Below are positions 33,435-43,367 of a DNA stretch of 64,000 bases, in pieces (position 1 is the stretch's first letter; every line of letters begins with the position of its first letter). The stretch is from an uncultured Porphyromonadaceae bacterium (GTDB lineage Bacteria > Bacteroidota > Bacteroidia > Bacteroidales > Barnesiellaceae_A), in the NCBI GenBank assembly GCA_937891845.1, contig CALATP010000053.1, forward strand, positions 3,709-67,708, given 5' to 3'. The translations under genes were made by a program, and so were the position numbers. The notes beneath the pieces were generated by a model. It did no database searches. It was not told the origin of the DNA and saw only the letters and a list, made by a program, of their open reading frames with translations.

Positions 33435-35831
33435 ATGTCAACCAAAGAGCCCCTCCTTTCTTATATGAAAAGACTTTTTATCTCTTTGCTTACTTTGTGC
33501 TTATTTGCAGCACCTATGTTTGCACAGGTAGTTTTCTCAACCGAATTTCTTACAAAAGAAGATTTTAATGAATGGACTGTTGTCGATGTCAACTCAGACC
33601 AAAAAACTTGGACGTTTGATGAAACAGCCGATCCTCGTGTATTCTACCCCTACCACGGCACCAATGGTGGTGATGACTGGTTGATTTCTCCCGCAATCAC
33701 CCCCGAAACATCAGGAATGTTTGCAATCAGTTTTGTAGCCAAAGGTAGCTCTTACGGTGAAAAATTGGAAGTATTATATGGTAACTCAGCCACCTCAGAT
33801 GCTATGACCAATAGAGTATGTGATGTTTTACAACTGAGCAATGACCTTACAACACATCTATACCTTATCAATGTTACTGCCAATGAACCTATTTATATAG
33901 GTTTTCACGCTTGTAGTGATGCCGACAAATGGCGTCTGTCATTGGCTAGTGTAACAGTTCAGGCAACTAGCAACCCCGTTGACATTCAAGTTTCGGAATT
34001 CCTTTCTCCGGCCGATGGTTTTGGTCTTGACCAAGAGACTGTAACTGTTAAAGTTCAGAATGTAGGTGGTGTTGATGTCAACACATTCGACATTGCATTA
34101 TCGGTTGATGATAATGTTATTGCCACAGAAACCATCAATGAGACTCTTGCCGTAGGTGGCGAAATGGAATATACTTTCACTGCTAAAGCCGACTTATCAA
34201 CACCTCGTAAAAGTTTTACACTGAAGGCTTGGACAATTCACAGTGACGATGTAAACACAGCCAACGACAGTTGTTATATCGATGTATTGCATAAAGCACC
34301 CGCGACTGTACCCTACTTTATGGGATTTGAGGCTAACGAGTATACCGAAGGTATTACATTCTTCGACCTCAATGAAGACGAGGGTAACTGGGATCTCTAT
34401 ACCGATCCTTGGTGGTCAATGGCTCATACAGGTGATTACTGTCTAGCCTACAATTATGACAAATACAACAACGGTAATGACTGGGCTATTCTAGAGCCTA
34501 TCACAATCGAGGAAGCCGGATATTATGTATTGAAATTCTGGTACTCCGGTGATGATACTCACCCCGAAAAGTTGGGCGTATACTATGGTACTGAAGGCAC
34601 TCCCGAAGCTATGGCCAATAAGATTGTTGAATATGCACCATTTGCACGCAGTGCATACGATGAGTCTATCAGTATTTTCTACATTGATGCTCCTCAAACA
34701 ATATACATTGGTTTCTATGCATTCAGCGACAAAGACGAAAACTGGCTTTGCGTGGATGATGTATCTCTCGAGAAAGTTTCTAGCGAAAATCCCGATCTTG
34801 CGACCTTCGGTATTACCAACCCTACCGAATATGTTCACGCAGGAAGCAAAAATGCTATCAACTTTGCAATACGCAGTTTGGGTATTACAGATGTAGAAGC
34901 TACAATACGTGCCAAGATTAATGAATCTGTCATTTATGAGGAAAACGTAACAATTCTTGCACAAGAAATCAAGAATTTTGAAGTAGCAAATGCATTTACC
35001 GATTTGGCTGAAGGTCTACACACTCTAGTTGTAGAAGTTACCAGCGAAAAGGACAACAATATCGAAAACAACACCGACACCCTTCAATTCCGAGTTATGG
35101 GTACACCTTCTGCGTTCTGGGACTTTGAAGATGGTGAACTCCCCGCCGAGTTTACATTCCGTGCTGAAGATGAGGGTACTATAAATCCCAGCGCAGGAAG
35201 CGAATTTAACGAAGCAGGTTGGGGTATCTTCAATATCCAACAACACGAACTCTACGGCGAACATATGTTGGCCGCAACATCGTGGTTGGATGGTACCGAA
35301 CAAGCCGACCGTTGGTGTGTATTGCCTCCTTTCTGTCCTTCGGGTAAGTCATTCTTGGTATGGGATGTAGCTTCTTTCAACCCCGCATTCCTTGAGACCT
35401 ACTCAATTATGGTATCGACTAACGGAGATGACTCGTGGTATTACTTCACAGAAGAGGAATTTGTTGCCGAAACTCCTGATTTCAAAACTCGCGGTGTCGA
35501 CTTGAGCAGCTACAGCGATACTATCTATGTTGCCATCCGTCTTCGCTCAAAGAACTGCGAACACCTCATCCTCGACAATATTGGTCTATATGGTGGCGAG
35601 TTGGCCGGTGTTAAGGCTACTGTTGGCAACGACAACTATCGTTTGATGGTTGAGTCGGGTCGAGTTACTGTAATGGGTGTAGAAACCGAAACTCTCAAAG
35701 TATATGATATGAGTGGTCGTGAGGTTGCCTCAGTAAACGGTAATACAATTGAAGGTCTTGCTATGGGTGCATACATCATAAGAGTGAAAACCACCGACAA
35801 TGTATACACAAGTAAAATTATAATGAGATAA
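33435..35831 (+). CDS. secreted modular surface protein with T9SS C-terminal sorting domain (three choice-of-anchor-J/cleaved-adhesin-like domains alternating with two CARDB-like domains)
   Basis: Signal peptide (possible start also at ATG 33465, MKRLFISLLTLCLFAAPMFAQ). Three repeats of the ..W..D......W......GDDW/NDW..SP.. pattern. C-terminal ..LKVYDMSGREVASVNG..GAYIIRVKTTDNVYTSKIIM matches the Por_Secre_tail pattern. Confidence 0.8.
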   Translation: MSTKEPLLSYMKRLFISLLTLCLFAAPMFAQVVFSTEFLTKEDFNEWTVVDVNSDQKTWTFDETADPRVFYPYHGTNGGDDWLISPAITPETSGMFAISFVAKGSSYGEKLEVLYGNSATSDAMTNRVCDVLQLSNDLTTHLYLINVTANEPIYIGFHACSDADKWRLSLASVTVQATSNPVDIQVSEFLSPADGFGLDQETVTVKVQNVGGVDVNTFDIALSVDDNVIATETINETLAVGGEMEYTFTAKADLSTPRKSFTLKAWTIHSDDVNTANDSCYIDVLHKAPATVPYFMGFEANEYTEGITFFDLNEDEGNWDLYTDPWWSMAHTGDYCLAYNYDKYNNGNDWAILEPITIEEAGYYVLKFWYSGDDTHPEKLGVYYGTEGTPEAMANKIVEYAPFARSAYDESISIFYIDAPQTIYIGFYAFSDKDENWLCVDDVSLEKVSSENPDLATFGITNPTEYVHAGSKNAINFAIRSLGITDVEATIRAKINESVIYEENVTILAQEIKNFEVANAFTDLAEGLHTLVVEVTSEKDNNIENNTDTLQFRVMGTPSAFWDFEDGELPAEFTFRAEDEGTINPSAGSEFNEAGWGIFNIQQHELYGEHMLAATSWLDGTEQADRWCVLPPFCPSGKSFLVWDVASFNPAFLETYSIMVSTNGDDSWYYFTEEEFVAETPDFKTRGVDLSSYSDTIYVAIRLRSKNCEHLILDNIGLYGGELAGVKATVGNDNYRLMVESGRVTVMGVETETLKVYDMSGREVASVNGNTIEGLAMGAYIIRVKTTDNVYTSKIIMR

Positions 35832-35863
35832 CCGGCTTTATCACTCCGGTACAAATCCTAAAT

Positions 35864-35905
35864 AATAGGGGCTGCACGAAGATTTACCACAGTGCAGCCC
35901 CTATT
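35864..35905 (+). terminator. terminator-like hairpin after the T9SS substrate gene
   Basis: 14-bp stem AATAGGGGCTGCAC / GTGCAGCCCCTATT with a 14-nt loop; no clear T-run. Confidence 0.5.
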
Positions 35906-36237
35906 ACTATATTATATTATGTGTAGACTACTATACAATAGTATCTGTAAGCACACTCACAGTACCATCTGTAAATACAAACATCGCACTGCAAATGTGA
36001 AACTACGATTGTGAGCTTGCTACACACAACCATCGGCAACGTATGAAAAACATAGAAGGGCGACACACTACACATCGCCCTACATACAAAAGGAGGATGC
36101 CTCATTTTGAGACACCCTCTGAACTATTAACGACAACTGTCGCAAGATGATTTATAGCGTTGATATCCGATTTGTTTGCCCCATTTTTGTGTGCTCAAAA
36201 AGCCACATTACGGACATCTTTTTCTTCTTTATTTTTG

Positions 36238-36280
36238 CATAAAAAATACCTTTGATGAAACGTGTTTTATCAAAGGTATT
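36238..36280 (-). terminator. rho-independent terminator of the YfhO gene
   Basis: 12-bp stem AATACCTTTGAT (36245-36256) / ATCAAAGGTATT (36269-36280). A T-run follows on the minus strand. Confidence 0.7.
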
Positions 36281-36358
36281 ATAATTATCTGTATTATAGT
36301 AAATTACACGTAGCTTTACCAACTACTTTTTGCCATTATACCTTATAAAACGATTGAT

Positions 36359-38809
36359 TTATTCGACCGGCACATTTTCACCTTTCTTTCGTCTTATAAA
36401 AGGCATTGAAACAGCCGCCAATAATAACAACAATATACCTCCCATTGAAGCGAAAGCAACGCCCTCGGTTTTGGCAATTGATTCCGGTTCAAAGCGGAAT
36501 ACAATCTCGTGAGTACCGGCCGGTACAGTGAGCGCACGCAACACGTAGTTGGCACGAGCCTCTTTCACAACATTACCATCTATTGTTACGTTCCAACCCC
36601 ACGGGAAATATATCTCGGAGAAAACAGCAATGCGATTATTAGCAGCTTTGCTCTTATAACGCAATTCATTGGGCTTGTACGATGTGAGCATAATTGTATC
36701 ACCGGGCGTAGCCAACACAGCATCGGCATCGATAAGACTCTCAAAACGACAATCTACAATAGCCGTACGAGAAGGCTCAAAGTTGTTGAGTGCCGCCATC
36801 TCTGCATCGGCATTGTCTACCCATTGTACTTCCGATACAAACCACGCATTACCCAATGCACCGGGATTTTGTTCCACTGTCACACCACCATTTTGTGTAG
36901 GCAATATAAAGTACTTGGTATTGAGCATATTCAGTACCGGCTCATTCATCTGCGACAACTGACGATCGATGAGGTCTTGATAACGAGTGAGCTTGGCTGC
37001 GTGATAGCCACCTATCGACTTATGATAGTACGAGGTACGCGCATCATTAAACGGATTGCCACCATAAAGATTGAACACTCGATAATTGGGATCGGGATCT
37101 TGCAAGATATATCGGTCTACATCGGTCATAGGGAAAGGATCGGCCAAACGACGCTTCTCTACGAAATGCTCGCCATTGAGATAACGTTTGTTTACAGTAC
37201 CCATATCGGCAACCAACAATACCGCCAATATCACAAGAGCCCATTGAGCCTTAAACTTACCCTTCGCAGCCAATAACATCACAACTGCGGCAAGCAAGAT
37301 AAATAGCACAGTGCGCATCGCATCGGCTTTAAATACAGCTATACGTGCATCAGCTACGCCATCGAATATTGTAGCCAATTGAGGTGATTGAGCGACCATT
37401 TCGCGCTCATACTCGCTAGTAAACGGACCAAACAATCCGGGTACAATCCAAGCCAACAAAGCCACTCCGGCTGTGATACCGGTAGCAATATATAATGCTT
37501 GCAACTGTTTCTTGTCGTGTTTTTCGAAGAACTCCTTCAATGCCATTATAGCCAATACAGGAATACAAAATTCGGCTACAACTAAGATACTCGAAACGGT
37601 TCTGAATTTATTGTACATCGGGAAATAGTCTATAAACCATTCGGTAAGAGGCATAAAATTCTTGCCCCACGACAATAATATAGAGATGATGGTTGCTACA
37701 ATCAAAGCCCACTTAATAGGCGATTTGACAGTTATACAACCCATTACAAACAGCATACATATAATTGCACCTACATATACCGGACCTGAAGTACCGGGCT
37801 GATCGCCCCAATAACTATTGACCTGCGACAGATAGGGTTTTACCGAAGCGGGCGCAGCATCTACTGCAGCCTCTTGAGCGGCCAATACACCCGAAGCACC
37901 ACCTTTCACATTGGGAATAAGCAACGATACAGTCTCCATCTTACCATAGCTCCATTGTGTAATATACTCCTTATTCAATCCGTCGCTTGCTTTATCAACA
38001 TCGGCATCGACCGGAGTCAACTCCGAATGACCGCCACGCATCGTCTCTTTACTGTACTTCTGTGTATGATACAACGAGGGCAAGTTTGCTCCGATAGCAA
38101 GAGCTGCCGCTACTACCAACACGCCACTAGCCTTGAAGAATTGAGCTGTTTTCTTCTCACGAATAAGCTCGACGGCATAAGCAATTACCAAAGCAACTAT
38201 AACAAAAAGGAAATAGTAACTCATCTGTATATGGTTAGAAGCAATCTGCAGCATAGCAAACAACGCGGCCACACCTGCTCCCAGCAAATAACGACCTCGA
38301 TATGCCCACACAATACCAGCCAACGTAGGAGGTATATAGGCTAGCGTGATAAACTTCCATATATGGCCTGCTTGTATGATTATAAAGAAATATGACGAGA
38401 ATGTGTAGGCTATAGCCCCCAATACAGCATAATACCACTTGTAACCCATTGATAGCATAAAGATAAAGAAGCCCACCAACATCATAAAGATGAGTGAGGC
38501 CGGACTAGTCATCCAAAGGGTATAAATATCCTCTACGGCACGTATAATAGGATGATTGGCGTATGCCGGAGATATCTGGAATGTGGGCATACCCGAAAAG
38601 GAAGTGTTGGTCCAACGAGTGGTTTCGCCCGTTGCCTCTTTATACAATTTTGCCTCTTGTCCGAGGGCTATACCTTGCTGTGTATCGTGTTGAAAAAGTA
38701 CCTTGCCTTCAAATATTTCCGGGGCAAAATAGAGATACGAAACGACCGCAAAAAATACTATCGACAATACATACGGTAATGCCTTTTTGACTGTTGCTTT
38801 CCAATCCAT
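36359..38809 (-). CDS. YfhO-family polytopic membrane protein (putative glycosyltransferase)
   Basis: 816 aa, many TM helices across the N-terminal ~500 aa, large C-terminal extracytoplasmic domain, terminal TM. Architecture and N-terminal region are typical of YfhO. Confidence 0.7.
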   Translation of the reverse strand: MDWKATVKKALPYVLSIVFFAVVSYLYFAPEIFEGKVLFQHDTQQGIALGQEAKLYKEATGETTRWTNTSFSGMPTFQISPAYANHPIIRAVEDIYTLWMTSPASLIFMMLVGFFIFMLSMGYKWYYAVLGAIAYTFSSYFFIIIQAGHIWKFITLAYIPPTLAGIVWAYRGRYLLGAGVAALFAMLQIASNHIQMSYYFLFVIVALVIAYAVELIREKKTAQFFKASGVLVVAAALAIGANLPSLYHTQKYSKETMRGGHSELTPVDADVDKASDGLNKEYITQWSYGKMETVSLLIPNVKGGASGVLAAQEAAVDAAPASVKPYLSQVNSYWGDQPGTSGPVYVGAIICMLFVMGCITVKSPIKWALIVATIISILLSWGKNFMPLTEWFIDYFPMYNKFRTVSSILVVAEFCIPVLAIMALKEFFEKHDKKQLQALYIATGITAGVALLAWIVPGLFGPFTSEYEREMVAQSPQLATIFDGVADARIAVFKADAMRTVLFILLAAVVMLLAAKGKFKAQWALVILAVLLVADMGTVNKRYLNGEHFVEKRRLADPFPMTDVDRYILQDPDPNYRVFNLYGGNPFNDARTSYYHKSIGGYHAAKLTRYQDLIDRQLSQMNEPVLNMLNTKYFILPTQNGGVTVEQNPGALGNAWFVSEVQWVDNADAEMAALNNFEPSRTAIVDCRFESLIDADAVLATPGDTIMLTSYKPNELRYKSKAANNRIAVFSEIYFPWGWNVTIDGNVVKEARANYVLRALTVPAGTHEIVFRFEPESIAKTEGVAFASMGGILLLLLAAVSMPFIRRKKGENVPVE

Positions 38810-38962
38810 AACACTACTTTTTTGTGCTAAAAGTTATTCAATATTAGTACGTGCAAATATACTACAATGGCTCAAAATAGAGTCTAGACATTGTAAAAAA
38901 GTTCTTCTTACACTCTAGGTTATCATACGAGATTGCGTCCAATGTCATCGATTTATACACTA

Positions 38963-39002
38963 TCAAAAACAAGCTGTGCCAACGCAATCTGACACAGCTT
39001 GT
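38963..39002 (-). terminator. rho-independent terminator of the TPR lipoprotein gene
   Basis: ACAAGCTGTG (38969-38978) / CACAGCTTGT (38993-39002). TTTTTG follows on the minus strand. Confidence 0.7.
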
Positions 39003-39026
39003 ATATTTCTCTATCTCAATAAGATA

Positions 39027-40703
39027 TTATAATCCTGACAAATTAAAACGAGCGAACTCTATATCGCTGGCGGCAACTTGACGCAACTCGGGATTAAGGC
39101 GGAAAGCCTGACGCAAGTTGGAAGTTACCATTTGCTGGTTATTGGTGCGAGCGCCTAGCAAAGCCAACAAATAATATGTAGTTGCATCGGGAGTGGGAAT
39201 AGCAGCCAATGTAGTGCGTGCTTTGTTATAATCCTTAACAAGTATATGAGCCAAAGCTGCGTTATTACTCTTATTCTCGCCAAATGCATTTACTGCTGCG
39301 CGATAATCACCTTTCTTGATATAATAAGTACCAAGAGCCTCATTTACTTCGGGTACTTCACCGGCGGCACCGAATGCAGCGGCAGCCTCATCATAGCGAC
39401 CCTCTCTCATAGCGAGCAAACCTAGGTTCATACCTACCTCGGCCGACTCGGGAGCTTTCTTGGCTGCAATCTCAAATTGACGCTCGGCCTCGGCAAAATC
39501 GCCTGCTATATAATGCATCATACCCAAGTTGTTATAACCACGATAATCATTGGGGTGCAATTCTACAACCTTCTCATATACAGCTTTCTTTGCGGCATTG
39601 CTACGCTCCAAAGAAGCGGCATACAACATTTCATCAACTGTAAGAACCGAAGGATTGTTTTGCATCAAATCTTTGATTTCTTCGTCCGACTTACCTATTA
39701 CATTGATAGATGCTGTGATACGTGAGCGACGCAATTGAGGAAGAATTTCATCGGCCAAATCACCATAAATAGACGATAGATTCTTTATTTCACGCTCGCG
39801 CTCTTCGGGGTCAGAGTACATCTCAAGTACACGCAAGATAAGGTCTTTATCTTGGATATTCGATGCAGCAACCAACTCTCTAAAGCCCTCCCAGTCCTCG
39901 GCTGTAAACTCGGCAGTGAGGTCGGCAGTAATATTATCGCGACGCCATTGCTCTTGCATCATTTGCACTGTACTTGCCTCACGTCCTTCGGCAAGACGTG
40001 TATTGAGGTCGACATTTCCATCGGGAGAGGCATAAGATGAGATGTTTACACCTTCTATCTCCATACTGTCTGTAGCATTAGCTTCACGTATTTGAGCGTG
40101 CAACGCTGTCATATCGCTTGAACGTAGTTCCTCGGCACGAATATTGGTCTGTTGAATGAGAAACTGTATGTCGGCTGTATAAGTCTCTTTGATAATACGT
40201 TGGAAACAGTCGGGAGTAATAGCCGGAGATACACGATCCACGTCTACCCACTCGGCAGTTGCATTTACACCTTCAGCCACCTTGACACGGGGCAACTCAT
40301 ACACTTTCTTTCCTTGTACTACATTGAAACCCAAGTACAATCCTGCATTACGCATTTCGGGCACATAATCAAACGATGTGGGCATTGTAATAACACCGCC
40401 GGCTTTGTAGCTGATAGCTTGGTTGTTGCCTTGTATCTTCTCTCCTTGATATGTAAAAGGAGTGCCTGCAGACTCGCCATCACTCCATACCATATAGGGA
40501 GTAACTGTAACAACTGCATTTTTATTAAAATACTTCTCAGGGAATGTTCCTGTAATAGTCGCATTTACTTTTCCGCCCTTAGCCTCCAGAGGAGAAGGAT
40601 TTACCTTGAAATAATCGGCTGTTAACGGAGTCATCTCTTTGTTACAACCCACCAATGCCAATAGACATAGGATGAGCAAAGGGAATGTTTGAATTCTTTT
40701 CAT
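39027..40703 (-). CDS. lipoprotein with C-terminal tetratricopeptide repeats
   Basis: Lipobox LLALVGC. The C-terminal ~200 aa carry TPR-like repeats (..YNNLGMMHYIAGDFAEAERQFEIAAKK.. / ..NLGLLAMREGRYDEAAAAF.. / ..GTYYIKKGDYRAAVNAF..). Confidence 0.7.
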   Translation of the reverse strand: MKRIQTFPLLILCLLALVGCNKEMTPLTADYFKVNPSPLEAKGGKVNATITGTFPEKYFNKNAVVTVTPYMVWSDGESAGTPFTYQGEKIQGNNQAISYKAGGVITMPTSFDYVPEMRNAGLYLGFNVVQGKKVYELPRVKVAEGVNATAEWVDVDRVSPAITPDCFQRIIKETYTADIQFLIQQTNIRAEELRSSDMTALHAQIREANATDSMEIEGVNISSYASPDGNVDLNTRLAEGREASTVQMMQEQWRRDNITADLTAEFTAEDWEGFRELVAASNIQDKDLILRVLEMYSDPEEREREIKNLSSIYGDLADEILPQLRRSRITASINVIGKSDEEIKDLMQNNPSVLTVDEMLYAASLERSNAAKKAVYEKVVELHPNDYRGYNNLGMMHYIAGDFAEAERQFEIAAKKAPESAEVGMNLGLLAMREGRYDEAAAAFGAAGEVPEVNEALGTYYIKKGDYRAAVNAFGENKSNNAALAHILVKDYNKARTTLAAIPTPDATTYYLLALLGARTNNQQMVTSNLRQAFRLNPELRQVAASDIEFARFNLSGL

Positions 40704-40844
40704 TGTGTAATGTATAAAAGTGTTTTATTTATCTTTAATATATCAACGTACAAAAATAGGAAAATCTTGTCTACAATACCAGATAATGAATATATTTTTT
40801 AAATAAATTAAGCAAAAAGAATATTTCTACACGCTCAATCATAT

Positions 40845-41753
40845 TCACCCTTGCATATTACGAGGATGATGATTTATTATCTCTCGTCGCAAAAAGTGAT
40901 TATCAAGGTGAACATAAACCTCGGTAGTGGTTATGCTTTCGTGTCCCAACATCTGCTGTATGGCTCGCAAGTTGGCTCCATTTTCGAGCAGATGCGTGGC
41001 AAAAGAGTGTCGCAATGTATGCGGGCTCACTCGCTTACGTATTCCACATAAGTTACAAGCGTCACGCACTATATAGAATACCATTACACGCGACAGATGC
41101 TTACCACGACGATTGAGAAAAACATAATCTTCTTCTCCCGGCTTGATATCGAGCATACTTCGCTGTGGTAAGTAACGTGTTATTTCATCAATGGCTTGCT
41201 GTGAGATAGGAACCAACCTTTGTTTCTCGCCCTTACCCACTACACGTATATATTCGTCCGAGAGATACAGTTGTGACAATCTCAATTCTACCAACTCCGA
41301 CACTCGCAGACCACAACTATACAACACCTCGATAATAGCCCTATTTCGTTGCCCCTCGGGCAGTGAAACATCAATATTGTCGATCATTCGATTTACCTCC
41401 GAGACGGTCAAAACCTCAGGCAAATGTCGCCCCAAACGTGGCATCTCCAAAAGTAAGGCCGGATCTTCTTGAATAACATCTTCAAGTAGCAAAAAATGGA
41501 AGAATGATTTCACTCCCGAAATGACCCGCGCTTGCGATCGTGCTGCGATACCTACATCTTGCAATGTGCATACAAACTCGTGCAACTTGTCGGCAGTGAC
41601 ATCTTGCCAAGAGATATCTTCTACATCAAGAAAATCGTACAACTTCGACACATCATCCCAATATGCCTCAATAGTATTGACAGTAAGACCTTTTTCAAGG
41701 CGCAGATACGCCATATACCGTTGTAATAGTCTATCTGATTTATCAGCATTCAT
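40845..41753 (-). CDS. xerD: site-specific tyrosine recombinase XerD
   Basis: GLRVSEL (R), HTLRHSFATHLL (HxxR), LGHESITTTEVYVH (H..Y). Start chosen at MNADKSDRLLQRYMAYL (CAT at 41751-41753). The longer ORF to 41954 overlaps the divergent aroQ start. Confidence 0.85.
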   Translation of the reverse strand: MNADKSDRLLQRYMAYLRLEKGLTVNTIEAYWDDVSKLYDFLDVEDISWQDVTADKLHEFVCTLQDVGIAARSQARVISGVKSFFHFLLLEDVIQEDPALLLEMPRLGRHLPEVLTVSEVNRMIDNIDVSLPEGQRNRAIIEVLYSCGLRVSELVELRLSQLYLSDEYIRVVGKGEKQRLVPISQQAIDEITRYLPQRSMLDIKPGEEDYVFLNRRGKHLSRVMVFYIVRDACNLCGIRKRVSPHTLRHSFATHLLENGANLRAIQQMLGHESITTTEVYVHLDNHFLRREIINHHPRNMQG

Positions 41754-41877
41754 AACGTAATCACTATTCCGATTTTTTTTCTTAATTTTGTAGCCGATAT
41801 ATTCTTGTTTTGTTAAACAAAGGTATAGAAAAATATCCAAAGCATAAAGTTCTAAACCACAATTTACACTATACGAT

Positions 41878-42303
41878 ATGGATATACTTATTATCAATGG
41901 CCCTAATCTCAATCTGCTAGGTCGTAGAGAGCCTGAAATATACGGATACAACACATTTGAAGATTACTTGCAACAACTGCAAAAGAACTATCCTCAACAC
42001 AACATCCGGTATTTTCAAAGCAATTGCGAAGGTACTATAATAGACTGCCTGCACGACAATGGGTTTGATGCGGATGGCATTATACTCAATGCAGGAGCCT
42101 ATACACACACATCCATTGCCATTGCCGATGCCATACGTTCTATCGAAGCACCGGTCATCGAGGTACATATATCCAACATCTTTGCTCGCGAGGAGTACCG
42201 TCACATATCGATGATTGCAGCAGCTTGTCGCGGTACGATAAGCGGTTTGGGGCTCGACTCCTACCGATTGGCTCTGGAAAATCTAACTAACAACCCACAA
42301 TAA
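41878..42303 (+). CDS. aroQ: type II 3-dehydroquinate dehydratase
   Basis: ILIINGPNLNLLGRREPEIYG, NAGAYTHTSIA, EVHISNI motifs. Confidence 0.95.
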   Translation: MDILIINGPNLNLLGRREPEIYGYNTFEDYLQQLQKNYPQHNIRYFQSNCEGTIIDCLHDNGFDADGIILNAGAYTHTSIAIADAIRSIEAPVIEVHISNIFAREEYRHISMIAAACRGTISGLGLDSYRLALENLTNNPQ

Positions 42304-42324
42304 GTAAATACCCCATTCAATACA

Positions 42325-42963
42325 ATGTACGACGCAATAGAAGAATATATATGTAAACATATTGACCCTGCCGAGCCGGCTTTGGCACGACTCGACCGGG
42401 ACACTCACGTCTACCACTTACGTCCTCGTATGGTATCGGGGCATTTACAAGGTCGCATTCTCAAGATGATATGTCGTATGGTGCAACCACAACGAGTACT
42501 CGAGCTGGGTACTTTTACAGGTTATTCCGCCCTATGTTTTGCCGAGGGTATAGCCGAGGATGGCGAGGTTCACACCCTTGAGATTGATGATGAGGTTGAA
42601 GACTTTGCACGCGAGCATTTTGCCCAATCGCCCTACGGGCACAAAATAAAAATGATAATAGGCGATGCACTAGAGACCATCGCCACACTCACCGACACCT
42701 ACGACCTCGTATTTATCGATGCCAACAAGCGCGACTATCTGCGATACTATGAGGCTGTACTACCATTGGTACGACCCGGTGGTTTTATTCTTGCCGACAA
42801 CACATTGTGGGATGGCAAGGTAGTCACCGAGCCCGATAGCAAAGACCCACAGACCGTTGGCATCAATCGTTTTAACGACTTCGTTACAACCGACCCACGA
42901 GTAGAAAAAGTCATACTTCCCCTACGCGACGGGCTCACAATTTTGTGGAAAAAACCCCAATGA
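42325..42963 (+). CDS. class I SAM-dependent O-methyltransferase (caffeoyl-CoA OMT-like)
   Basis: VLELGTFTGYSALCFA SAM motif, FIDANKRDY, 212 aa. Confidence 0.85.
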   Translation: MYDAIEEYICKHIDPAEPALARLDRDTHVYHLRPRMVSGHLQGRILKMICRMVQPQRVLELGTFTGYSALCFAEGIAEDGEVHTLEIDDEVEDFAREHFAQSPYGHKIKMIIGDALETIATLTDTYDLVFIDANKRDYLRYYEAVLPLVRPGGFILADNTLWDGKVVTEPDSKDPQTVGINRFNDFVTTDPRVEKVILPLRDGLTILWKKPQ

Positions 42964-43022
42964 CACTTGTTACATTGTAAGGAAATACGTTTATTTGCAA
43001 AACAATAATTAAACAACAATAT

Positions 43023-43358
43023 ATGGAGACAACAAGACAAAACAAAATATGTCGCTTGCTACAAAAAGAGTTGAGCGAAATTTTCTTGACCGAAACACGC
43101 AAATTGCCCGGAACACTTGTTTCGGTGAGCATCGTGCGCATCAGTCCCGACCTAAGCATTGCCAAGGCATACCTCAGCATCTTCCCCTCAGAGAAGGCTC
43201 AAGACACCATCAATGCCATCAACGCATCGTCCAAAGAGATACGTTATCAATTGGCACAACGAGTGCGTTTCCAATTACGCAAAATTCCCGAGTTGAACTT
43301 CTATCTAGACGACTCGCTCGACTACATTGAAAATATCGATAAACTTCTAAAAAAATAA
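43023..43358 (+). CDS. rbfA: ribosome-binding factor A
   Basis: 111 aa; ..VSIVRISPDLSIAKAYLSIF.. is the typical RbfA core. Confidence 0.9.
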   Translation: METTRQNKICRLLQKELSEIFLTETRKLPGTLVSVSIVRISPDLSIAKAYLSIFPSEKAQDTINAINASSKEIRYQLAQRVRFQLRKIPELNFYLDDSLDYIENIDKLLKK

Positions 43359-43367
43359 TCATTCGAT

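Noticed and set aside
35917-36105. 62-aa Cys-rich minus-strand ORF in the 527-bp gap between the T9SS cargo gene and YfhO.
   Set aside because: It has no start context or family. It lies downstream of the YfhO terminator in an otherwise signal-poor spacer. It could hide an sRNA but I saw no promoter/terminator pair.
36509-37276. 255-aa plus-strand ORF opposite the YfhO gene.
   Set aside because: It is a shadow ORF inside a well-supported 816-aa membrane protein gene.
40845-41954. Tyrosine recombinase as the island integrase, and the long 369-aa version of the ORF.
   Set aside because: The motifs, size (~302 aa from ATG 41753) and housekeeping neighbours fit chromosomal XerD. It lies ~30 kb from the island. 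The 5' extension overlaps the divergent aroQ start and encodes hydrophobic junk.
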